From: Mobula birostris
Taxonomy: Eukaryota
Reading direction: 5' to 3'
DNA: 64,000 nucleotides
NCBI RefSeq assembly: GCF_030028105.1
Contig: NC_092388.1
Coordinates: forward strand, 9,448,508-9,512,507
Part shown: positions 11,876-22,151 of the stretch, piece after piece
Layout of the letters: the number at the start of each line of letters is the position of its first letter
Position numbering within the stretch: position 1 is the stretch's first letter
Notes under the pieces: generated by a model
What the model saw: the letters and a program-made list of their open reading frames with translations, nothing else
Database searches by the model: none
What the model was told of the DNA's origin: nothing
Position numbers and translations under genes: made by a program

Positions 11876-13017
11876 AGATCCTTTCCAACATTGATGAAGA
11901 GTCTTGGCCCGAAACGTCGACTGTTTATTCCTCTCAATAGCTGCCTGATCTGCCGAGTTCCACCAGCACTTAAAGATACAATTTATGCTTATTATTTGAT
12001 GAAACATTGTTAATATGTGGAAGATTCTCCTTAATCATATTTTAGCATTATATTGTACAGAAACATAGAAAACCTACAGCACAATACAGGCCCTTCGGCC
12101 CACAATGCTGTGCCGAACATGTCCTTACCTTAGAAATTACCTCGGGTCATAAGTTAACTATTCGTTTTACTGGCTTGCATTTCGATCAGTAATGTGCATA
12201 TTCAATTTGATGTTAAAATTGACGGCCATCCGCATTTGTCCTATCTGTTACAACGTACAACAGTGATAATACAACCTTCATAATCTTTCTTGATCTTTAA
12301 TTAGAGACTCCTAAAGAGCATTAACTTTGATTGCAATGATGCATTATTGAGGGGAAATGTCTTCACTATTTTCAAACGGACGAGTTAAGGTTTTAAAGAA
12401 AACATATATGTGAATGAGAATCACACGTGTCTTGCTCTAACTGAAGCACGCTATTGTGTGTTCGCAGATTCCTTGAAGCTACCGGCAGTGAAAGTGTCCT
12501 GGATAATACGTCTCAATATTACACCACTCCCACTCCCTGCTCGACCTCTGCATAAACACATCTGCGTTTTTGGCTGAAGTCTCTTGAGGGAAATGCGGGG
12601 AAGTACAAATTTCCGGCTGTTTTCCTGGCATATATTTATGCTTTTTCTAAATCGGTCCCTATCCAAAGTTCCTTGTTTGCGTCTTGGCGCTTTCGGCACT
12701 GTGAGCCACCGATAGGGTCACGGTTTTACTGCTGTTCTTAGTAGGGGGCGTTAGGGCAGCGATCGTTGCTGACGTTGGCCTACTCTTCACTGCCAGGGGA
12801 ATTTTAATTGCATTTCCAAATGAAATCTGCGAAAGAAGTTAACCGGGAGATTTCATTCTCGGGCATGTATTTAGAAAAGCATTGATCCGAAGGGCCGTGT
12901 TGTTCATATCACCATCGTCCGTTCTCCGTCTCCGCCGAAAGGTTCACGTCAGGCAAAACCCTTGCATGGAAGACGGAATGCAAAAGATAATAATATCCAA
13001 AGCCGCTGACCACTGGA

Positions 13018-15276
13018 ATGGAAAATTTACGGATGGTCTGGCTGATGTTTCTTTCTTTGATCGGTTCCGCCAACTCTTTTTGTCCTGAACAATGTGACTG
13101 TCAACATCGCCATGTGCTCTGCGCAAACCGAGGTCTCCGGGCTGTCCCGGAAGCGCGGCAAAATGTCGTGGATGTCCTTACTTACAGCCTCGGGGGCAAC
13201 TTCATCAGCAACATCTCCGACGTGGATTTCACTAGCTTTAGCAAGTTGCTTCGATTGGACTTGCAATACAATAAGATTGAACACATTCACCCGAAAACTT
13301 TTGAGAAACTTTCGAGGCTGGAGGAGCTGTACTTGGGTAACAACATCATCTCAAACATACCTGCCAATGTTTTCAATTATCTCCGGCGATTGAGGCTTCT
13401 AAATATGAATAACAATAGATTAACGAAACTGAATCACAACGTGTTTGCACGCCTAGAAAACTTAGTTAAATTAAGACTAGATGGGAACTCTTTAGAGGTT
13501 TTGCAAGATGCGATTTTCAAACACTTGGTTAATCTCCATTACCTGCAGTTGGAGTCCAACAAGATCCATGCTGTTAGTGGGAGTACCTTTATAAATTTAA
13601 GGAACCTTGTATATTTAAACCTCGCCAAGAATAACCAGACTTCATTACAGAACAGTGCCATGTTTACACACCTGACATCACTGGCAACTTTAGTCCTAGA
13701 TGAAAATAATATCAAATATGTTGGAAACCGGGTTTTTGAAACGCTACAGAAACTCTCTAGTCTCTCCCTCAGCAAGAACAAGATTTCTTACCTCGGTTCT
13801 GAAGTCTTTGGAGGCCTCCATGGGTTGAAGGAACTGTTTATTGATGGTAACCTACTGAGGGAAATCCCAAGTAAGCTGCTGGACCCTCTAGTAAAGTTAG
13901 AACAATTAGATCTCAGTGACAACCAGATCACCACTATCCATCCATTGGCGTTTAAACACCTGACGGTTCTCAAAGTACTGAAGCTGAAAAGCAATCGTTT
14001 GACCTACTTACCTGGAGAAACTTTTGCGTTTACCAACTCTATATACAGCCTTGATCTAAGCAACAATAATTGGACGTGTAACTGCCGGCTGACAGGCTTA
14101 AAGCGGTGGATGAACCTAGCTCATGCTCAGGGCAGGCTGCTCACCATGTTTGTCCTGTGCAATAACCCCCTCAGTTTGAAGGGAAAGTATCTGGATTACT
14201 TGACGGACTCTGAGATGTGTTATCCTCGTAAGGCGCAGTCGCTGTTAAATTCTTCCAAAGGCTCTATGGTCGATGGAGCCCTGAGTGTGGACCAAGTCAA
14301 CATTCAGTCAGACCAAGAACGTATCTTGGATGAAGACAACTTGCACACTGTTGGGAATACAGGCCTGCAGCAGAAGCCATCACCTCAACCTATTACAGTC
14401 ACTAGCCCGCCTAAAGACAAGCATCTCGTTCTAGAGCCAAGGCCAACCAAACCAGTTACAGTCAGCGCAATTCAACGGGAATCCCCAGTATCTCTAACCA
14501 CAGCTCGGGATTCCTTGGATGTTTTGACTCCTTACACCACTTTCCCAATATCCTCGAAATCCGAGCGGTATTATCTCCTGAAGGCCAAGGATAAAGTGGT
14601 GCAGAAACCATTGATAACCGATCCCTGTGAGTTCAATAAGCTCTACATTGCCAACCTGACGGTGGGCGAGGTGAGCTCATCCACCGCTACCATCCGGTGG
14701 AAGGTGGCCCACCCGGGTTTCCGGAACGCCGTGCATTTCCGTGTGCTCTTCGACAGGTTCGGCCAGCCGGTGACATTCCACCGCTTCATATACGTCAAGG
14801 ACAAGTCGGAGTGGGTCACCTTGAGGGAGCTGCGGGAGGAGACGCCTTATATTGTGTGCCTGGAAAGTGTCATTGCTGACCGGGTGTGCCAGATAGCATC
14901 CCGTGACCATTGCCTCGGTGTCCTTACGTTGCCTCTAAAGCGAGGTCCCCTGGATGTGCAGCACTTCATTTTGATTCTGTCGGGCATCAATGCTTTCCTA
15001 GTTTTTCTGGGACTACTCATCTGGACGTCGAAGGTGCTGAGGAAGCTACGGAGGAAAAGAACCCCAGTCAGTGTGCGGCGGATGTACTCCACGCGCCGTC
15101 CCCTGCGCTCCATGGGCTCCGGGGTCTCGGCAGGAGACTGTACAGGCTTCCAGACCAACAGATCACGATCAGTCATGTATCAACTCAACGAGGCAGATCT
15201 GATGGACTTCCAGTCTGACCGACTCATGGACATTAATTTAAGGAGGGAAGATATTGGGCAACGATATGGTGATTAG
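13018..15276 (+). CDS. TRIL: TLR4 interactor with leucine-rich repeats; single-exon type I membrane protein, 752 aa
   Basis: Signal peptide; LRRNT CPEQCDCQH..LC.NRGLR; about 12-13 LRRs including the TRIL-typical YSLGGNFI and HPKTFEKLSRLEELYLGNN; LRRCT WTCNCRL.GLKRWM...QGRLLT.FV.C..P..LKGKYLDYL; FN3 domain (DPCEFNK...FRVLFDRFGQ...RFIY); TM segment from ~aa 650 followed by a basic stop-transfer RKLRRKR. Strong Kozak context ggaATGg; adjacent to CPVL. Confidence 0.96.
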   Translation: MENLRMVWLMFLSLIGSANSFCPEQCDCQHRHVLCANRGLRAVPEARQNVVDVLTYSLGGNFISNISDVDFTSFSKLLRLDLQYNKIEHIHPKTFEKLSRLEELYLGNNIISNIPANVFNYLRRLRLLNMNNNRLTKLNHNVFARLENLVKLRLDGNSLEVLQDAIFKHLVNLHYLQLESNKIHAVSGSTFINLRNLVYLNLAKNNQTSLQNSAMFTHLTSLATLVLDENNIKYVGNRVFETLQKLSSLSLSKNKISYLGSEVFGGLHGLKELFIDGNLLREIPSKLLDPLVKLEQLDLSDNQITTIHPLAFKHLTVLKVLKLKSNRLTYLPGETFAFTNSIYSLDLSNNNWTCNCRLTGLKRWMNLAHAQGRLLTMFVLCNNPLSLKGKYLDYLTDSEMCYPRKAQSLLNSSKGSMVDGALSVDQVNIQSDQERILDEDNLHTVGNTGLQQKPSPQPITVTSPPKDKHLVLEPRPTKPVTVSAIQRESPVSLTTARDSLDVLTPYTTFPISSKSERYYLLKAKDKVVQKPLITDPCEFNKLYIANLTVGEVSSSTATIRWKVAHPGFRNAVHFRVLFDRFGQPVTFHRFIYVKDKSEWVTLRELREETPYIVCLESVIADRVCQIASRDHCLGVLTLPLKRGPLDVQHFILILSGINAFLVFLGLLIWTSKVLRKLRRKRTPVSVRRMYSTRRPLRSMGSGVSAGDCTGFQTNRSRSVMYQLNEADLMDFQSDRLMDINLRREDIGQRYGD

Positions 15277-15684
15277 AGCGCATCAATAAGAAAGCCGTTG
15301 CTCAAGGCTGTTCAGCACGTCATTCTCTGTAACTTTTGCCACCTTTGTCTCTACGTCCATCTTTACAGAGATCAGTGACTGGAGTTCTAATCCCTCCACT
15401 GTCTCTGGGGAGTTTGTACATTCAACCCATGACCCCGTGGGTTTCCTCTGAGTGCTCCAATTTCCTGCCACATTCCAAAGGCATACGGCTTTGGGTTAGT
15501 AAGTTGCGAGCAGGCTATATTGGCACTGGGAACAAGGTGACACTTGCGGGCTGCCCTAGCACATCTTCAGACTGTTTGTTGTTGAATGCAAGCAGTGCAT
15601 TTCACCGTATGTCTCGATGTTTCAACGTACATGTGACAAATAAAATTAAAAATTAAGATTACTTTATTGGGATCCTACCACTAA

Positions 15685-16520
15685 GCACACCTTCTCTTTT
15701 CTTCCTCCCCCCACGCCCCCCCCACTTTCCACTCTGTGATTCCCTTGATCACTGATTTCCTTGCCACTCCTCTGATCTCCCTCCTGACACTTGTCCCTTC
15801 AGACATTGCAAGTGCTACGCCAGTCCCTACATCTCCCTCTTTGCCACCGTTCAGAACCCCAAGCAGTCCTTTCAGGTGAGGCGAGTCTGTGGGGGTTAAC
15901 TATTGAATCCTGTGCTCCCGGTGCAGCCTCCTCTACATCCGTGAGACTCTCAGATCAGAGGACTGCTTTGTCAAGCTCCTTCGCTCTGCCTGGTGGCTGG
16001 TCATATCAGTTTGGCTTCCCATTTCCCATTCTGACATGTCCGTCCATGGCCTTCTTGCTGCCAGGATGAGGCCAAGCTCAGGTTGGAGGTGTAACACCTC
16101 ATATTCCATCTGAGTAGCTCCAACTTGATGCCGTGACCTTCAACTTCTGACAATTTCTCCCCTCCCCCCACTCTGTTTCCATTCTGGTTACCTTCTTGCC
16201 CCTTCTCATCTGCTTATTACCTCCCTCTGATGTCCCTCCTTTCCTTTTTTCCATGGTTCTTTCCTTGGTTTTTCAGCCTTTTCCCTCTTCTATTACCTCC
16301 CAGCTTCCCACTTTATCCCTGTCCCTCACCCACCCACCTTTACCTGTCTCACCCATCACCTGCTAGTTCATACTCCGTTCCGCACCCCCACCTTACTGTG
16401 GCTTCTGCGTTCTTTCTGCCCTGTCCTGATGAAGGGTCTCAGCTCAATACGTTGACTCTTTATCCCCCTCCGTAGATGCTGCCTGACCTGTTGAATTCTG
16501 CCAGCATTCTGCTTGTGATG
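15685..16520 (+). mobile_element. Degenerate Penelope-like element 3' fragment (GIY-YIG remnant plus pLTR)
   Basis: Homologous to 41891-42477 (gagtctgt...tgctcccggtgcagcctcctctacatc...gatgaggccaagctcaggttggagg), with a degraded hammerhead core cctgatgaagggtctcagctc at ~16425-16445. Confidence 0.8.
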
Positions 16521-16959
16521 TTTCATTATTAATTTGACTTGTTAATTCTGATTGACAAAATGTTATCTTATCTGCAGAGTGCTGTTGGGAATTGCCCACA
16601 GCTTATGTCCAGCTAACCTATGGTTTCAGTCTTTAGGGTCGAGATCAAATCTGTCTATCAAAATGTAATAATATTGCTTGACAATGTCTGCTACATTTGG
16701 GTAAGGATGAAGAAAGAATTTGCCTCAATGTTTTTTTTCCCAGTGACTTCAGTACATGCAGACACTTCAAAGCCAATGTGAATTGTAAATGTTTATGGTT
16801 TGCATGTAAGGCAAATAGCAGATAATTTATGCATAAAGACAGATTAAGTAACCAGTTTATTTGTTTTCTTATTGTTGATTGAGGGACTAATGTTGGGCTG
16901 GACAGCAAAATGACACTACTTCTTTGATAAGGAATGTATGATATAGTCCAGATGTGGGT

Positions 16960-17250
16960 CAATGGGATAGGTTGGGTGAGTCTAGAACTAAAGGTTATAG
17001 GTTAAGGCTGAAAGGGGAATTTGAAGGGAGCTCTTCGCTCAGATGGTGGTGTGAGTGTGCAATATTGTCAGTGTAAGTGGTGGATACAGGTCCAGTTTCA
17101 ACATTTAAGAGAAGTTTGGATCCATGTATGGATAGAAGTATGGAGGACTATGGTCCAAGTGCAGGTCAATGGGACTAGTTAGAACAACAGTCCAACACGG
17201 ACAAGATGAGCCGAAGGGCCTGTTTCTGTGCTATAGTGCTCCATGATTCT
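16960..17250 (+). mobile_element. CR1 LINE 3' end; representative of short CR1 tails
   Basis: tctagaactaaaggttataggttaaggctgaaagggg...ggccgaagggcctgtttctgtgct tail. Similar tails at ~470-780(-), 1065-1340(-), 3760-4140(-), 18710-19110(-), 24140-24365(-), 27395-28330(-), 50440-50760(+), 53015-53320(-), 59995-60200(-). Confidence 0.7.
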
Positions 17251-20200
17251 CAGATACTTTTCCATTCATCTGAACAGATAGATGAAGCCATCATGTAATA
17301 CCCCAACTATATGGTGGCGTTTCAGATAAAGCGGAGCTTCCCCCATGTGTACTGCACTGTGTTTGTAAATTCCTCTACTCAAGTATTTCAATTGGAGGTT
17401 TAAACTTCCAAATCATCTGACTCAGAGGAAAAAAGATGTAAAAAAAAAGCTGACAAATCTGGCTCAGTTACCACAAGATAACCATGCTAATTTTGCCTTG
17501 TGTCAAATCTTAAACTATGTGTCTCTCACTTTATTCAGTGTTCCTGGGATTACTCACTTTTCTACATGGTGGAATAAAGGGCACTTCAAAGCAACATGCA
17601 GTATTTATCATTTCAGAGTCCCTTGGAGAGCAATGCACTGCTATTTCAAAATAGTAACGACTGTCCCATAATGTGTATTTTTTTTTGTGATTGGCTAGAA
17701 CATTTGGTAAAGTAAAAGTTATAATCTCTTCGAAGTAGAGCCGGTGGATTTGCTCTATTGAACATTTCACCTGGTAGAAGCTGAGTGATTGGTATTGTAA
17801 GACACTAAGGTATATTACAATTAATGTCTCTATTGAAAATTCCTGCATAGTACTTGTGTATCTATTTTTGATGCATCTGGTCTCCTGATGATTTCTTAAT
17901 TAACTATCATATTTCAACACAGTGATAAGAACGAAAAATAATTTTCTGTCGCTTAATATATAAAATGCCGGAGGAACTCAGCAAATAGAGAGGCACCTTA
18001 AAAAAAAGGCAATTAAGACTGAACAGTCAACGTTTTGGGCTGATACCCTTCATTAGGATTCCTGCTGAAGGGTCTCGGACCAAAATATTGAGTGTTTACT
18101 GCCTCCATGGATGCTGCTTGGCTTGCTGAGTTTCTCCAGCATTTTGTGTGTGTCGCTCAACATTTCCAGCACCTGCAGAATCTCGTGTATTTATGATTTT
18201 CTGTTGTTCGCTGACATGGAGCTAAACTATTGTCTTCTGTTTCATATTTTCTTTACTGAGTTGTACCTAGGCTGATCCACTTTGAATTCTTTTGAAGGAT
18301 AGCCAGTGGAAGCCATTCCTTTGCAGAGTCAGGAAGTTTAAATAGGTTCACTTTAGCTCAGAATGCAATTGTACAATGGAGAAGACGGCCATTTGCTCCA
18401 TCAAAAGTCATAGTCATAGAAAAATTCAGCACAGAAACAGGCTCTTCTTTGGACTCAGTAGCCATGCATTACATAGTTCTGTGTCATGGACTGAAAACTA
18501 ATGTACCAGATGCAGCATTAGGATGTTTGTTTGTATAAACGGTTTATTTGCCATTGTCAGTCAGTGTCACCTTTACCTTCAGAAGGATGTTTTCTCACTG
18601 TTCACTCAGAAATTCAGGGGTAGATCAGAAATTGCAAGCTATTAGACAGATTAGTGAAAACCGTTGTAAATTTACCTAATTATAAATGGTATTTCAGCAA
18701 TGTATGCATAGAGTCAAAGCCCATCTAATCTGAACTGAGTATTAACTTGCCTAGTCCCATCAATCTGACCTGGACCATAGCCCTCCTAACCATGTACTTA
18801 TCCAAACTTCCCATAAATGTTGCAGGAAACAGTCGAATCTGCATCCACTGCTACCACTGCCTGCTCATTCCACACTCCGACCACCCCCTCAGTGATGAAG
18901 TTACCCCTTAAATATTTCTCCTTGCATCCTTAACCTAGTTCTAGTCTCACCCACCCTCAAAGGAAAAAAAGTTGCTTGCATTTACTCTATCTATACCCTT
19001 CAAAATTTTATATGCCTCTATCAAATCTCCCTTCATGCTCCTATGCTCCAGGGAATAAAATCCAAACCTATTCAAACTTTCCCTAAACACACGCCCCAGC
19101 AACATCCTTGTAATTTGGTTTTGCTACATTCAATGTTCTCCGTAGAAGGAGGCAGAAGATGAATGATTTTCTTTCTTTTTTTAAAAAAAAACTTTTTTGC
19201 TGATAATCACTAAGAACGTTGTTTTGAATCATTCCATTTCATTAAATTTCATTAGCATGTGGGCAACTTGCTGAAGATCCATAATTGAATTAGTTAGCAA
19301 ACGTCAGTAGGATTCTGTTTATCAGTTCATTTAGCAGAATTTCAAAAACTCCACTGAGTTTCAAAGCAGTTGCTTAGAGTAAACCACTAAAGAAATGTAA
19401 TTTCTCTAATTGGCATTGATAATTTTTAATTATTTTCAAATCCGCTTCAAATCAGCTCACATTGAAAGCATCAAAGAGGGCAAGGGAGATGAACCTAAAT
19501 AACTTTCAGTACTGAAAGTGAATTTTGGGCAAAATAATTCAGTCTAGTCATGTTAGAGACAATTAATTAAACAATCAGGGAAATACAGCGATCAAACTAA
19601 TAATGTTTTTATCTTTTTAGATGTCTAATAACATTCTTTTTAAGATTTTAAAAGACTGCTAACTAAAATACAGATATTTTCAGTAACTCATTTCTGTGAT
19701 AATTAGTCTGAAGTTTGTTCTAATGTGGCATTTGCTACATTTGAGAATCTGAGACATTGACTCATAGAATTTTAAATATATCCTACATTTATGGAAATTT
19801 TCATGCTTGTTCAGTACTATGCTTCCTTCCTAGTAGACACTTACCTGCACTGTATATCCCCCGAGTTCGCCAACCCTCCAGTTAATGCCTTGTGAAATCC
19901 TTGCTCCAGGTTGCTCGATCATTGGTGATTGTCCTGTCAGGTACCACGTCCCAAACTCTGGAGTATTTTTGCTAAAATTCACTGCCTCTCCATCTGCTGC
20001 TCTTCAAGATTATTCCTAATATCGATCTAATACTTTTTTCATTTGTATTTAGTTTTTCCTCCATGAGCACCTTGGGCAATGACGCAGATAGATAAATGCA
20101 TATTCTTGTAGACATGCGGATTGGTTTTACTGTTATCCAAACTGTTACCTTTTGTTCATCTACTTGGATCTGCAGATAATCCCTGCAGTTGGAAATGTGC

Positions 20201-20583
20201 TCTTTTCATATGCTTGCATTTTAAAAATCAAATACAATAACAACTAATTGGAGCTTTTCTTATCCAGTTAATCTTTTCAGGAAATTTCATCAAGTATGTA
20301 CTCTTTATGGTATATCTTAAGTGTTTTGAAATGTGTACTTTTCCAACTGGAACATCTGTTAAATATTAGTCAAAGGATGCAAGAGACATGAGAACAAAAC
20401 TCCTAACTGTCTATCAACTCAACTCAAACAGGAAGAGTTTGAATCAAACAAATAATCAGTTTTCAGGAAATAAATGAGTAACATCAGAAACCTTGATTTA
20501 TGGATACATCTACATCCTTTGCTGATGATAAACATAAACAGCTGGAAGTATGGGCAGGTTTCAGCCAATTAGAATAAAACTTT

Positions 20584-22151
20584 TTTTAAAAAATCTTTTT
20601 ATTGAATAAGTATACAAAAAGGTAAGCCATATAGGCACTAATACACTGTTAGAATATAATAAAATTACAGAAGATATTAATACAAAAAAAATGATACAAA
20701 CAATGTAATTTAAACATAACGTACCAAGGTAACATAATAGTATACTAATTTTTATATATATATCAATAGAGAAAAGGAAAACAAAAAACCCCAAAAAAAA
20801 CCCACCGTGCAACTAACTAAAAGCAAAGCAAAGCAATGGGCTAACTTGAAACCAAACAGAGTTAAAAAAACTTAAAATCACGTCCTCAATCCCGACCTCC
20901 ATTAAAAACAGTAAAACAAAACAAGAAGGGTATATATTACATTAAATGAAAATATTGAATAAAAGATCTCCAGGTCTGTTCAAATTTAAATGAGGAGTCA
21001 TAAAGATTGCTTCTAATTTTCTCCAAATTCAAGCATAATATCGTCTGAGAAAACCAAAAAAAGGTAGTTGGAGCATTAAGCTCTTTCCAATGTTGTAAGA
21101 TACATCTTTTCGCCATTAAAGTAAGAAATGCAATCATTCTACGGGCTGAAGGAGAAAGATTACTGGAAATTTTAGGTAGTCCAAAGATAGCAGTAATAGG
21201 GTGAGGAGAGATATCTATATTCAATACCTTTGAGATAATATTAAAAATGTCTCTCCAAAAAGTTTCCAGAGTAGGGCAAGACCAAAACATATGAGTTAAA
21301 GAGGCTATCTGCCCCGGACATCTATCACAAAAAGGATTAATATGAGAATAAAAGCGAGCTAATTTATCTTTGGACATATGTGCTCTATGAACAAATTTAA
21401 ATTGAATTAGGGAATGTTTAGCACAAATAGAGGAAGTATTGACTAATTGTAAAATCTGCCCCCAGTCATCCACGGAAATGATAAACCCCAATTCCTGTTC
21501 CCAATCTACCCTAATCTTATCAAATGGAGCTTTCCTAAGTTTCATAATAATATTATAAATCATAGCCGATGCATCTTTCTGACATGGATTAAGGTTAATT
21601 ATAGTATCTAAAATGTATGTAGGAGGAAGCATTGGAAAGGAAGAAAGTATAGTACTTAGGAAATTTCTAACTTGTAGATATCTAAAAAAATGTATTCTTG
21701 ATAAATTATATTTATTAGATAATTGTTCAAAAGACATAAGGGAACCATCTAAAAATAAATCCAAAAACCATGAAATACCCTTAGTCTTCCAAATTTGAAA
21801 AGCACGATCCGTAAAAGAGGGAGGAAAAAATATGTTACCTAAAATAGGAATCGCTAACCCAAATTGATTAAGATCAAAAAATTTTCTGAATTGAAACCAA
21901 ATACGTAAGGTATATTTAACTATCGGGTTAGACACCTGTTTAAGGCGTTTCAAATCAAAAGGAAGAGAGGAACCTAAAATAGAGCCAAGTGTATAACCCT
22001 GAACAGATTGTAATTCCAATGCTACCCATTTAGGAATGGATAGTATATCCTGGTCAAGTAACCAAAATTTCATATGTCGAATATTAATTGCCCAATAATA
22101 AAATCTAAAGTTAGGTAATGCTAAGCCTCCATCTCTCTTAGCTTTCTGTAA
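20584..22151 (-). mobile_element. 5'-truncated L1-clade LINE with uninterrupted ORF2 C-terminus
   Basis: Open frame from ~22150 (QKAKRDGGLALPNFRFYYWA) to the stop at 20937, with the L1-type Cys/His motif CDRC...HMFWSC. AATAAA and A-rich tail at ~20584-20605. 11-bp TSD aataaaacttt at 20573-20583 and 22152-22162. Confidence 0.9.

Noticed and set aside
12590-12860. NF-kB-like sites upstream of TRIL (ggggaatttt, gggagatttc)
   Set aside because: Neither matches GGGRNNYYCC fully; not supportable without conservation data.
20937-22073. 378-aa ORF as a host gene
   Set aside because: It is the ORF2 C-terminus of a truncated L1 with an A-tail and TSD.
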